Notes under the pieces: generated by a model
Database searches by the model: none
What the model was told of the DNA's origin: nothing
What the model saw: the letters and a program-made list of their open reading frames with translations, nothing else
Shown here: positions 15,276 to 24,743 of the stretch, piece after piece
How positions within the stretch are numbered: the first letter of the stretch is position 1
Layout: every line of letters starts with the position of its first letter
Source of the DNA: Minisyncoccota bacterium
GTDB lineage: Bacteria; Patescibacteriota; Minisyncoccia; Phycocordibacterales; UBA1006
Assembly: GCA_036405175.1 (NCBI GenBank)
Contig: DASWYC010000002.1
Location: 1 to 55,891, forward strand
Direction of reading: 5' to 3'
Length of the DNA: 55,891 nt
Position numbers and translations under genes: made by a program

Positions 15276-15284
15276 TTTAGGGGT

Positions 15285-15719
15285 ATGCTCATCAAATCAA
15301 TTTATGTGTACTTAATTTCTGCTGTGACACTTATTATGTCAGTAGTGGGAGGGATTAATTTTGTATCAAATGCACTTTCATTGGCAACATTTACCGGGTA
15401 TGTAGAGACGTATGAGGATTTTGTACGTAATCGCTGTACTAACTATGGCGATCCGCTTGCAATCACAACATCACCTATCGCTGTTGATGCAGTGGGAAGA
15501 ATCAAAGCAACTTCAATCGCAACACCAGCAGCCCCTACATGCAATGTGCAGGAAGCCATTGTTGATCCTGTTTGGAAGGAGCGGTATCAAACATATGTGG
15601 ATGATATGAAGGCATCAGACAAGCGCCAAAAGCTTGATCGCATGCTTAAAGCTATTCCTTTGATTTTGATTCCATTGCCAGTATTTTTCTTGTTCCAAAA
15701 GAAACGTAAGGATTTATAA
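15285..15719 (+). CDS. hypothetical membrane protein
   Basis: It has N- and C-terminal transmembrane helices and lies 9 nt after uppP. Confidence 0.45.
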   Translation: MLIKSIYVYLISAVTLIMSVVGGINFVSNALSLATFTGYVETYEDFVRNRCTNYGDPLAITTSPIAVDAVGRIKATSIATPAAPTCNVQEAIVDPVWKERYQTYVDDMKASDKRQKLDRMLKAIPLILIPLPVFFLFQKKRKDL

Positions 15720-15736
15720 GGTGTATTTGAGATAGA

Positions 15737-15773
15737 GAAGAACGAGCGACGCAGTCGCTCGTTCTTCATTTTA
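15737..15773 (+). terminator. intrinsic terminator
   Basis: A 14-bp perfect stem gaagaacgagcgac / gtcgctcgttcttc is followed by atttta. Confidence 0.75.
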
Positions 15774-15889
15774 TGTCAACCGTTGACGCAACCTTTCAAT
15801 TTGTCTGTACTTGATCATACCTCATAAGGAAGTGGGGATAAGTTAAGAGGCTTGATAAAAATTTTATGTGATAGGTGGGTACAATAACA

Positions 15890-15910
15890 ATACAAGAAGC
15901 AACTTCTTGT
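15890..15910. promoter_or_regulatory. 9-bp perfect inverted repeat upstream of nrdA (candidate operator)
   Basis: tacaagaag caa cttcttgta, about 120 nt upstream of the nrdA ATG. Confidence 0.3.
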
Positions 15911-16028
15911 AGAATTTTAGAACTTTAGTGCAATCGTTTGATATTTAAAGTTTTGATTTTACAAGAGACCACCTCAATGTGTGAGCTTTTTAAACGACCC
16001 TTATTAATTAATATTATTTACCTGTTGT

Positions 16029-18587
16029 ATGGATATTCTCGTAACAAAACGTGACGGTACTCAAGAGCCGTTTGATGCCTCAAGGATTAACAAGTCGATC
16101 GAAGATGCCTGTGCCGGGCTTCCAGATGCTATTTCAATGGTGGTACAGATTGGATCAGAAACTAGCCTGATGCTGTATAGTGGTATTACTACCGAAGAGC
16201 TCGATTTTGCAACTGTGAATGCTGCTCTTCAGAATATTCAAGATGATCCTAATTATGATCATGTAGCAACGAGGCTTTTGGCAAAGACAGTGTATAAACG
16301 CGTTGTTGGAACCTACGACTCGTCAGAAGAGTTAACAACCAAGCACCAGAAACATTTCCCAGCCTACATTAAAGATTATGTTGCGCACAATATTTTGGAT
16401 GCACGCATGATTGAAAAGTTTGATCTTGAGAAACTCAGTAAGGCACTTGATATTGCTCGAGATGAGTTGTTTGGCTATGCAGGTATTTCTACGCTGCTTA
16501 ATCGCTATGCGCTTAAGAATCAGGAGCAAAAGCCAATTGAAACTCCTCAGTATTTCTTTATGCGTATTGCTATGGGGTTGTCATATAACGAAGAAGATCC
16601 AACACATGCGGCTATTGGTTTTTATGAACGCATGTCTCAGCATGAATATTTTGCAGGAGGGTCAACAAATATTGGTGCTGGTACCACACGTCCTGCGCTT
16701 TCAAACTGTTTCTTGATTCAGGTTGAAGATGATATCGAGCACATTGCAAAGTCAGTATCTGATGTAATTAAAATTTCTAAAGCAACAGGAGGTCTTGGAG
16801 TTTCAGTAACTAAGTTGCGTGCAACCGGCTCAATTCTTTCATCAAACAACACTGCTTCAAGCGGGCCAACACCATTTGCAAAAATCATGGATGTTGCTAT
16901 TAGGGCAATTCAGCGTGGAGGAAAAAAGAAAGGAGCACTTTGTTTCTATATGGAAAACTGGCACCTTGATTTTCCTGAGTTCTTGATGTGGAAGCATAAT
17001 GCAGGAGATGATCACTTGCGTATGCGCACCGCAGATACTGCTGTATTCCTTTCTGATGAGTTTATGAAACGCGTTCAGAATGGTGAAGACTGGTATATGT
17101 TTGACCCAAAAGAAACACCTGACTTAGTTGAGCTGTACGGAGCAGCATTCAGTAAACGCTACGCTGAATATATTAAAGAAGCAGAGGCAGGCAAGCTTAA
17201 AATGGTAAAGAAGGTGAAAGCAGAAGATCAATGGCGTCAGATTTTGGTAATGCTTGAATCAGCATCACATCCGTGGCTTACCTGGAAAGATGCAATCAAT
17301 GTTCGTGCACTTAACAACAATACGGGGACTATTCACATGTCTAACTTGTGTACTGAGATTTGTTTGCCACAGGATCGCAACAATATTGCGGTATGTAACT
17401 TGGCATCAATCAACTTATTGCGTCATCTTGAAAACGGAGCAATAAATTACACGCAACTTGAAGCAACTGTACGTGCAGGCGTTCGCCACTTGGATAACTT
17501 GATTGATATTAATATTCTTCCTATCGAAGAAGCGATTCGTTCTGATGCAGAAAATCGTGCGATTGGGCTAGGAGTAATGGGAATGTCCGAAGTAATTGAA
17601 CTCCTCAAATATCCCTATGATTCTGAAGAGTCATATGATTTGGTTGATAAGCTCTTTGAATTTATTAGCTACACCGCAATTGATGAAAGTGCTAATTTGG
17701 CGCAAGCTCGTGGATCATATAAACACTTTGCTGGATCAGGATGGTCAAAGGGGATGGTTCCATTTGATACCATTGCAAAGGTTGAAGAAGATCGCGGAGA
17801 AAAACTCACCGTTTCAAAGGTTAGTCATGCAGAAGAATTGGGAATTAATTGGGACACGCTTCGTGAGAAGGTAAAGAAGGGAATGCGCAATGCAACGCTG
17901 ATGGCTGTTGCACCAAATGCAAATATTGGACTCTTGGGTGATACCACGCCAGGAATTGATCCTCGCTTTGCACAAGTATTTTCACGTAATAAGATTTCTG
18001 GAAAGTATTTGGATATTAATCACAACCTCGTACATGATTTGAAAGAGCTTGGTTTGTGGGAGAAAACACGCGGAGAGATTCTCAAGTCTCAAGGAGATAT
18101 TTCAGACATTGCACTTATTCCTGAGCATCTTAAAAAGATTTATACCTCTGCATTTACCGTGTCACCATACGCATTTATTGAAATTGCAGCACGCGCGCAA
18201 AAGTGGGTTGATCAAGCATTGTCACGAAATATTTACCTGGAGACTCGCAATATTGAGGACATTATGAATGTTTACAAGACAGCGTGGGAGAAAGGACTCA
18301 AGACAACCTATTATCTTCATATGAAGCCACGCCATACCGCTGAGCAAAGTACGGTGACGGTGAATAAAGCTGCGGATATTGGCAAACGAGGATTTGGAGC
18401 ATTGGCTGCAGCTGCTGCACCAGTGATGGCAACCGCAACGATTACCGTTGATAGTGATGAAGGAGTTGTTGTTGCTACTACTACCGCCGCTGCACCAGCT
18501 GCTAACCCAGTCGCTGTAGCGTCAGCAGAACCATTCATGTGTCCGATTGATCCTGCAGAGCGTGCGCTTTGTGATGCATGTCAGTAA
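16029..18587 (+). CDS. nrdA: class Ia ribonucleotide reductase alpha subunit
   Basis: It has an N-terminal ATP-cone (KRDGTQEPFDASRINKSI), the active-site motif NLCTEI and a C-terminal Cys pair CPIDPAERALCDACQ. It is followed by nrdB. Confidence 0.9.
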   Translation: MDILVTKRDGTQEPFDASRINKSIEDACAGLPDAISMVVQIGSETSLMLYSGITTEELDFATVNAALQNIQDDPNYDHVATRLLAKTVYKRVVGTYDSSEELTTKHQKHFPAYIKDYVAHNILDARMIEKFDLEKLSKALDIARDELFGYAGISTLLNRYALKNQEQKPIETPQYFFMRIAMGLSYNEEDPTHAAIGFYERMSQHEYFAGGSTNIGAGTTRPALSNCFLIQVEDDIEHIAKSVSDVIKISKATGGLGVSVTKLRATGSILSSNNTASSGPTPFAKIMDVAIRAIQRGGKKKGALCFYMENWHLDFPEFLMWKHNAGDDHLRMRTADTAVFLSDEFMKRVQNGEDWYMFDPKETPDLVELYGAAFSKRYAEYIKEAEAGKLKMVKKVKAEDQWRQILVMLESASHPWLTWKDAINVRALNNNTGTIHMSNLCTEICLPQDRNNIAVCNLASINLLRHLENGAINYTQLEATVRAGVRHLDNLIDINILPIEEAIRSDAENRAIGLGVMGMSEVIELLKYPYDSEESYDLVDKLFEFISYTAIDESANLAQARGSYKHFAGSGWSKGMVPFDTIAKVEEDRGEKLTVSKVSHAEELGINWDTLREKVKKGMRNATLMAVAPNANIGLLGDTTPGIDPRFAQVFSRNKISGKYLDINHNLVHDLKELGLWEKTRGEILKSQGDISDIALIPEHLKKIYTSAFTVSPYAFIEIAARAQKWVDQALSRNIYLETRNIEDIMNVYKTAWEKGLKTTYYLHMKPRHTAEQSTVTVNKAADIGKRGFGALAAAAAPVMATATITVDSDEGVVVATTTAAAPAANPVAVASAEPFMCPIDPAERALCDACQ

Positions 18588-18591
18588 GCAT

Positions 18592-18915
18592 ATGAATCAG
18601 ACTATTACTCCGGGATTTTATTATCACTATAAGCATAAAGAAGAAGAGGGTGTAGAGCATTATGCTTATGAAGTTGTTGGATTTGGGTTGCACACCGAGA
18701 TAGATAATGAAAGCGACGCAAAAATAGCAATCTATCGTCCGTTGTATGAATCCGCGAATGTGTATGAGATGGGTAAGATGTATTATCTCCGTCCATATAG
18801 CATGTTTGCTGACGAAGTTACAAAAGATGGAGTCACCAGGTTGCGATTCGAAAGAATTACTAATCCAGAACTTATTAGCCACCTTGAATCAGTCAGAAAT
18901 CGAATGTATCAATAA
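18592..18915 (+). CDS. DUF1653-family protein
   Basis: GFYYHYKHKEEEGVEHYAYEVVGFGLHTE..IAIYRPLY...YYLRPYSMFADEV matches the DUF1653 pattern. ATG 18592 lies just after the nrdA stop. Confidence 0.65.
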   Translation: MNQTITPGFYYHYKHKEEEGVEHYAYEVVGFGLHTEIDNESDAKIAIYRPLYESANVYEMGKMYYLRPYSMFADEVTKDGVTRLRFERITNPELISHLESVRNRMYQ

Positions 18916-18933
18916 TTAATTTTTTTAACGTAT

Positions 18934-19914
18934 ATGTCACTCATTGGAAAAGCTTCACCAGAAAATTACAATCTTCATCCGTCTCAGTATCCATGGGCTC
19001 GCAAGCTCTATGATCAGGCAATCGCTAACACATGGTTTCCACACGAGATTGCACTCAAAGAAGATCTTCAAGATTTTGAAACCATGACCGAAGATGAAAA
19101 GCAAGCCGTTTCATTTATTATGGCATTCTTTAATCCTGCGGAACTTATTGTAAATAGGGTGTTGGCGCTTGGTGTATACCCATATTTAACCTCATCAGAA
19201 TGTCATTTATATTTGGCAAAGCAGATGTGGGAAGAGGCAAATCACTGTGTTGCGTTTGAGTATTTGCTTGAGACCATGCCATTTGATCGTTCAACGATTT
19301 ATTCACTTCATACAGAAAATCCTGCCATGAAGGCAAAAGAAGATTTTGTGAATAAATATATGAAGCGCATGACCGAAGAGAATTATGATGTGACGACCGT
19401 GCAAGGGAAGAAAGATTTTGTGAAAAATCTTATTGCATACAACGTGGTGATGGAAGGAATTTGGTTCTATAGCGGATTCATGGTGATGTTGTCATTCCGT
19501 CAGCGTAATAAGTTGCGTAACTTTGGTTCAATGATTAACTGGGTATTGCGCGATGAAAGTTTGCACCTTAAGTTTGGTATGAACTTGGTACTAAATATTC
19601 TTGAAGAGAACCCAGACATTCTTACTCAAGAATTTGCTAACGAGATTAAGCAAATTATTCTTGAAGGAGTTGCGCTTGAAAATGATTACAACAAAGAGCT
19701 CTTTCCACGAGGCATCTTGGGACTCAATGCCGAATATGTAAACCAGTATGTTCAATACATTGCTGATCGTCGTTTGGAAGAGTTGGGACTTGAAGCTCAT
19801 TACAATGTAACTAATCCTGCTAAGTGGATGAGTACGGCAACGGATGTGTATGAATTGGTGAACTTCTTTGAGTCACAAAATACCAACTACGAGGTAAATT
19901 CACGTGCTCACTAA
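18934..19914 (+). CDS. nrdB: class I ribonucleotide reductase beta subunit
   Basis: The di-iron ligand motifs are EEANHCVAFEY and VLRDESLHLKF. Confidence 0.9.
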   Translation: MSLIGKASPENYNLHPSQYPWARKLYDQAIANTWFPHEIALKEDLQDFETMTEDEKQAVSFIMAFFNPAELIVNRVLALGVYPYLTSSECHLYLAKQMWEEANHCVAFEYLLETMPFDRSTIYSLHTENPAMKAKEDFVNKYMKRMTEENYDVTTVQGKKDFVKNLIAYNVVMEGIWFYSGFMVMLSFRQRNKLRNFGSMINWVLRDESLHLKFGMNLVLNILEENPDILTQEFANEIKQIILEGVALENDYNKELFPRGILGLNAEYVNQYVQYIADRRLEELGLEAHYNVTNPAKWMSTATDVYELVNFFESQNTNYEVNSRAH

Positions 19915-19955
19915 TAACAGGGATGTTGCTTACCTGATATAAAATGAGCAACTAA

Positions 19956-19992
19956 GACAAGCCCGCACTTCGTGCGGGCTTGTCCAATTTTA
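19956..19992 (+). terminator. intrinsic terminator after nrdB
   Basis: A 13-bp stem gacaagcccgcac / gtgcgggcttgtc is followed by caatttta. Confidence 0.7.
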
Positions 19993-20006
19993 GGTATACT
20001 AAGAAT

Positions 20007-20561
20007 ATGTTTGATGCGGCTATTATTTCGTGGATTCAGTCATTTGAAAGTCCTATCCTTACTGATTTTTTCCTCCAGATCACAAAGTTTGGCGATATTC
20101 ACGTGATCGTTGTGGTGGGTATTGCTGTGGCTATTCTACTCTATCTTAAGAAAAGATATTTCTACGCTCATGGACTTCTTATTTCATTGTGTGTAGGCGG
20201 CATACTAACGTATAGTATTAAAAACTTAGTGGAACGAGGCAGGCCTTTATATGGCTTAATTATAGAAAGCGGCTATTCATTCCCAAGCGGCCACACACTT
20301 ATGGCAACTGCTCTTATCGGATTCATCATATATATCGTTTACAAATATCCCGATTCAAAAGTTTTCAAAATTACCGCGATTGTACTACTCATACTACTAC
20401 TCATAAGCATTGCGGTTAGTCGCATTTATCTAGGTGTTCATTATCCAACAGATGTTCTTGCAGGATTCTTACTCGGCATCATTTCAGTTCTGATTACACT
20501 CTTATTTAAACGCTATAATGTGCTTCACCGGAAGTTCATGAAAAACCTCTACACTAAATAA
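20007..20561 (+). CDS. PAP2-family phosphatase
   Basis: The PAP2 motifs are SFPSGHT and SRIYLGVHYPTDV. The start was moved to ATG 20007 because the TTG at 19980 lies inside the nrdB terminator. TATACT lies 6 nt upstream. Confidence 0.8.
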   Translation: MFDAAIISWIQSFESPILTDFFLQITKFGDIHVIVVVGIAVAILLYLKKRYFYAHGLLISLCVGGILTYSIKNLVERGRPLYGLIIESGYSFPSGHTLMATALIGFIIYIVYKYPDSKVFKITAIVLLILLLISIAVSRIYLGVHYPTDVLAGFLLGIISVLITLLFKRYNVLHRKFMKNLYTK

Positions 20562-20564
20562 CGT

Positions 20565-21233
20565 ATGAAAGTATTACTTGTTGAAGACAATGAAAAGTTG
20601 TCGAGCACGCTCAAACACGCACTATTACAAGAAGGGTATGCCGTTGATTGCTTGTTTGATGGTGATGATGCGTATCGTCGCATTACGGTAAGTAAAAATG
20701 ACTATGATGTGGTGATTCTTGATCGCATGTTGCCGTCAATGGAAGGAGTAGAAGTATGCCGCCGTTGGCGTGATGAAGGAATTACTGTTCCCGTAATTAT
20801 GCTTACCGCACTTGATGGAACTGAAGAAAAAGTGACCGGACTTACCGCCGGCGCAGATGATTATCTTGCAAAGCCATTTTCATTTGAAGAGTTGCTGGCG
20901 CGTATTCGTGCCGTGCTTCGCCGTCCACCACAGATGGTGAACACCGTGCTTGAGGTTGATGGAGTTCTCCTTGACGCCACATCGCGAACCGTGACGCATC
21001 ATGGAGAAAATGTCACCCTTACGCTTAAGGAGTTTATGGTGCTAGAATATCTTATGAGAAACGCAAGCAAAGTAGTTACGCGTGACGCGCTCTATGATCA
21101 TGCCTGGGACTTTGCTGACTCAAGTTTTAGTAATACCGTAGATGTTCATATTAAGAATCTACGCAAGAAACTACATGATGAAGGAATCCTTATTCAAACA
21201 ATTCGTGGCGTTGGTTACAAAATGGGTGCGTGA
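20565..21233 (+). CDS. OmpR-family response regulator
   Basis: The receiver domain has VVILDRMLP (phospho-Asp) and the C-terminal winged helix ends in IQTIRGVGYKM. Confidence 0.9.
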   Translation: MKVLLVEDNEKLSSTLKHALLQEGYAVDCLFDGDDAYRRITVSKNDYDVVILDRMLPSMEGVEVCRRWRDEGITVPVIMLTALDGTEEKVTGLTAGADDYLAKPFSFEELLARIRAVLRRPPQMVNTVLEVDGVLLDATSRTVTHHGENVTLTLKEFMVLEYLMRNASKVVTRDALYDHAWDFADSSFSNTVDVHIKNLRKKLHDEGILIQTIRGVGYKMGA

Positions 21234-22173
21234 TGAATTTGTCATCGCGTGGACTAAGCTCATTGCCATCTATATTCTTACCTCGGGATTCTTCTTGAGT
21301 ATCTTGAGCTATGTCATCTATATTGCAATCAGAGGAAATCTTATCTCGGTAATCGGTGGACTCTATAATCCATTTACTGAAGAGCTTATTTTAAATCAGG
21401 CACTGAGTGCGCTTAAAGAGCGCATTCTGTTGGCTGATTTTTTTGTGATGATTATTGTAGTAGTGGTTGCTATTTTTATTACCGCTCGCACCTTAAATCC
21501 GATTCGTCGTAACATGCAAAAACAAAAACGTTTTATTGCTGATGCTTCTCATGAACTCCGCACGCCGCTCGCTATTTTAAAACTTGATATTGAAGTATTA
21601 TTGCGTGAAAAGAAATTCAATGAAGAACAAACACGAGATTCTCTTAAAAGTTTAGTAGGGGAAGTTGATTCAATTATTAATCTTACTAACTCACTTCTTT
21701 CATTATCACGTACAAAACTGCATGCAGATCGCGAACAAATAAAAGCTGAGCAACTTCTTAAATCAGTTGTTGATAATTTTCAGACACTTGCACACGAGAA
21801 AGGACTCATGCTTACCTTTACTTCAACGGCACCGCAAGCCACCATTCGTGCACATCGTGCTGATCTTGAACGTATCTATACCAATGTATTAAAAAATGCC
21901 TATCAATATACACCAGCCGGAGGAATGATTACGGTAGATCTTTCAAAAAAAGGTAATTCAATTATCGTAACTATTCAAGACACCGGCATTGGTATTCATG
22001 CTGATAATCTTGAAAGAGTATTTGAGCCATTTTATCAAGAAAAAACTTCTCGAACAGGAGAAGGTTCAGGACTTGGATTATCACTCGTTAAAAAACTTCT
22101 TGAAGAATATCATGGAACAATTGAACTTGAGAGTGAACAGGGGAAAGGAACCAAGGTTACTATCACACTCTAG
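21226..22173 (+). CDS. sensor histidine kinase
   Basis: It has the H-box FIADASHELRTPL, an N/G-box region (DTGIGI, GSGLGLSLV) and two N-terminal transmembrane helices. The proposed GTG start at 21226 overlaps the regulator stop. The track ORF begins at 21142, inside the regulator gene. Confidence 0.8.
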   Translation: MRDEFVIAWTKLIAIYILTSGFFLSILSYVIYIAIRGNLISVIGGLYNPFTEELILNQALSALKERILLADFFVMIIVVVVAIFITARTLNPIRRNMQKQKRFIADASHELRTPLAILKLDIEVLLREKKFNEEQTRDSLKSLVGEVDSIINLTNSLLSLSRTKLHADREQIKAEQLLKSVVDNFQTLAHEKGLMLTFTSTAPQATIRAHRADLERIYTNVLKNAYQYTPAGGMITVDLSKKGNSIIVTIQDTGIGIHADNLERVFEPFYQEKTSRTGEGSGLGLSLVKKLLEEYHGTIELESEQGKGTKVTITL

Positions 22174-22261
22174 TATTCATAGAGAGTTCACAATGGGACG
22201 ATATAATTGAGAGGTACTTTTGAAGAGGGTACACACATTACTGTTTTTAATTTAACTTGAT

Positions 22262-22795
22262 ATGAAAAAAACACTTGCGAAATCAGGACTACTCGCAGTT
22301 GTATTGTTGGGATCATCAGTATTTATGGTACACGCCGCATCTGCTGATACCACTACAACCGTACCAACGGATACCAGGAGGCCAATGCCTCTCATCGGTG
22401 CTGATCTGCTCGGTCAGAACCATGATGCTGTAATGAGGTTTTTGGGAATGTACATGGGCAAAGTAACGGCAGTGTCGGGGACTACCCTGACAATAACCGA
22501 TAAAGATGCTACGACGATCACTGTCCAAGCTGCTAATGCTGCTGTGATGAGAAACGGTGTAGAAACCCCACTCTCATCAGTTGCTGTAAATGATGCACTC
22601 ATGATACGCGGAACCATGTCAGGTTCGACGATCACTGCAGAGAAAATCGTTGCAATGTCTATGTCAGACAAAAAAGAGAAAGTAATGACAACGGTGAAAA
22701 AAATTATGAAGGAAGGTCTTAAAGACATGAAACAAGGTATGAAAGACCGACGCGATGAAGCCAGGCCTCCTAAGCCTGCTGCGCCAACCTCATAG
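22262..22795 (+). CDS. secreted protein with beta-rich core and charged tail
   Basis: Signal peptide MKKTLAKSGLLAVVLLGSSVFMVHAASA. Confidence 0.5.
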   Translation: MKKTLAKSGLLAVVLLGSSVFMVHAASADTTTTVPTDTRRPMPLIGADLLGQNHDAVMRFLGMYMGKVTAVSGTTLTITDKDATTITVQAANAAVMRNGVETPLSSVAVNDALMIRGTMSGSTITAEKIVAMSMSDKKEKVMTTVKKIMKEGLKDMKQGMKDRRDEARPPKPAAPTS

Positions 22796-22909
22796 TGAAA
22801 GGAAATCATAAGAACCACATCGACGGAACTAACTACAGATAGATCTTTACACAAGATTATAATCATAAAAACGCTCACAGTAGCGTTTTTATGATATTTC
22901 TGGTAGAGA

Positions 22910-22938
22910 TTGACAAAACGATGAAAATAGTATATACT
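22910..22938 (+). promoter_or_regulatory. near-consensus sigma70-type promoter for the RRM gene
   Basis: TTGACA (22910-22915), a 17-nt spacer, then TATACT (22933-22938). This implies a 5-prime UTR of about 110 nt before ATG 23057. Confidence 0.55.
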
Positions 22939-23056
22939 GGTAGTACTTTTAGGCTACGTTTCTATTTGAAAGCGGTTATCTAGAAGTTGGATGGTATCGA
23001 ATACCTATCCACATTAATGAGTAGATTTTTTAGCCATTTTGGTGGCAAACGACATT

Positions 23057-23488
23057 ATGTCAGTTAAACTTTATGTTGGAGGTCTTGCATGGGCAACCAA
23101 CGATCAATCATTAGAAGCAGCTTTTGCACAAGCAGGAAACGTACTCTCAGCTCGTGTAGTTATGGAACGCGATCGTCCAGATCGTAGCCGTGGATTTGGA
23201 TTCGTAGAATTTGAATCACAAGAAGAAGCAGATCGCGCAATCTCAATGCTCGACGGAAAGGAACTCGATGGACGCACCATTCAGGTGAACGTTGCTAAGG
23301 AACCTTCAGAGCGTCCTGCACGCACCGGAGGATTCGGTGGTGGAAACCGTGGCGGTTCACGTGGTGGATTCGGCGGAGGTTCACGCGGAGGATTTGGCGG
23401 CGGAAGCCGTGGAGGTTTTGGAGGAGGATCACGCGGTGGTTCATTCGGTGGAAACCGTGGTGGATTCGGCGGAGGTTCAAACTACTAA
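23057..23488 (+). CDS. RRM-type RNA-binding protein with RGG/glycine-rich tail
   Basis: RNP2 is KLYVGGL and RNP1 is RGFGFVEF. The tail is (GGSRGGFGG)n, encoded by imperfect 27-bp tandem repeats at 23330-23480. Confidence 0.85.
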   Translation: MSVKLYVGGLAWATNDQSLEAAFAQAGNVLSARVVMERDRPDRSRGFGFVEFESQEEADRAISMLDGKELDGRTIQVNVAKEPSERPARTGGFGGGNRGGSRGGFGGGSRGGFGGGSRGGFGGGSRGGSFGGNRGGFGGGSNY

Positions 23489-23506
23489 TCTCAACCAACT
23501 TCTATT

Positions 23507-23532
23507 AAAAAATACCCGAAAGGGTATTTTTT
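23507..23532 (+). terminator. intrinsic (bidirectional-type) terminator
   Basis: aaaaaataccc gaaa gggtatttttt. Confidence 0.75.
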
Positions 23533-23578
23533 GTTGTTTCAATTTGAAGAGGAATATTTTTAGGAATATACTAATTAC

Positions 23579-24088
23579 ATGACTAAAGAAGAAATCATTG
23601 CACGGTATCCAGACATTGAAATTAATGAAAGTGGTGGACCAGATTCTTTTAACCCAGATGCTCCTATTGTTGAACGTGATCCGATTGCGGTAATTATTAA
23701 GCATCCTACAGAAGAGTTGTTCTTAATCGCACAATGGAAAAAGGGCGGTTGGAATGGATGGCTGACTGGTGGTATTGAAGAGGGTGATACGCTTGAGCAA
23801 ACCGTTCACAAAGAAATTCACGAAGAAGCTGGATACAAAAATGTTGGAGAGATTAAAGAGCTTGATTGTGTGTCTCATGGATTATTCTTTCATCCTGTTA
23901 AGAATGTAAATAGATTGGCACATTATCATGCTGTGTTTGCTCAGCTGAAGGATCTAGAACAAGATGAAGTTTCAGAAGAAGAAAAAGCGATTGCAGAGTT
24001 TGTGTGGATTCAAAAAGATGAGGTAAATACTACTTTGAGTGCAGACAATATGAGAAAGTTGTGGAATTATTATTTAGAAAATAATTAA
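23579..24088 (+). CDS. NUDIX hydrolase
   Basis: The Nudix box is GGIEEGDTLEQTVHKEIHEEAGY. TATACT lies exactly 6 nt before the ATG. Confidence 0.85.
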   Translation: MTKEEIIARYPDIEINESGGPDSFNPDAPIVERDPIAVIIKHPTEELFLIAQWKKGGWNGWLTGGIEEGDTLEQTVHKEIHEEAGYKNVGEIKELDCVSHGLFFHPVKNVNRLAHYHAVFAQLKDLEQDEVSEEEKAIAEFVWIQKDEVNTTLSADNMRKLWNYYLENN

Positions 24089-24127
24089 AGCTCCGCATAA
24101 TGGAGCTTTAATAAAATACCAAGTGGG

Positions 24128-24685
24128 TTATTCTGAAAAACTACTAAGTATATTTGTAATCGTATTGCCAAGAAAAGCCTTAGTTTTTTGCGGGCAACAA
24201 TATCGATACCAAGCTTTTATGGACTTTTCTCTTGATGAATTTTGATGAATACGTACATCATAAGAAATAGAAAATACCTTCTGTTTATTACGATCAATAT
24301 TTTCACCCTGCATGAATGCTACGTCTTTATCGTAATGAGTTTTAATAAAATGTTTTCGTTTTTTACGTAAGAAAACTTGAATAGATGAGCGTGTTTCTTG
24401 TGTTATGAAAATCCGTATACATAGGATAATCTCTTGGGTTGTGTCTTTTGTTTCAAAAAGTACCAGCATGGTGGGGCCGAATGTATCTTCTGAGAAACTT
24501 GCAATCTTAAAAACAAATGATGCTTTTAGGACATTAAGTCTTTTTTGTGAGTCTTCTACGAAAGAAAACCGCTCAAGAAGCTTTGTAGATACTTCTTCGA
24601 AATCCGAATAATATTTTATCTCGAGCTTATTCAGATAATTGCTCCCCAGTATGAAGAAGCTATTTAGATTTTTTGAGTTTTTCAT
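24128..24685 (-). CDS. hypothetical protein (AT-rich orphan)
   Basis: ORF only; no recognisable motif. Confidence 0.4.
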   Translation of the reverse strand: MKNSKNLNSFFILGSNYLNKLEIKYYSDFEEVSTKLLERFSFVEDSQKRLNVLKASFVFKIASFSEDTFGPTMLVLFETKDTTQEIILCIRIFITQETRSSIQVFLRKKRKHFIKTHYDKDVAFMQGENIDRNKQKVFSISYDVRIHQNSSREKSIKAWYRYCCPQKTKAFLGNTITNILSSFSE

Positions 24686-24743
24686 TATTAAAAGGATTTA
24701 TTTACTTGCATGAATACCATAAAAATGCTACTATTGTCAAACT

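Noticed and set aside
21142-21225. Histidine kinase start at 21142
   Set aside because: That would place 90 nt of the kinase inside the response-regulator coding sequence. GTG 21226 immediately precedes the first transmembrane segment. This remains uncertain.
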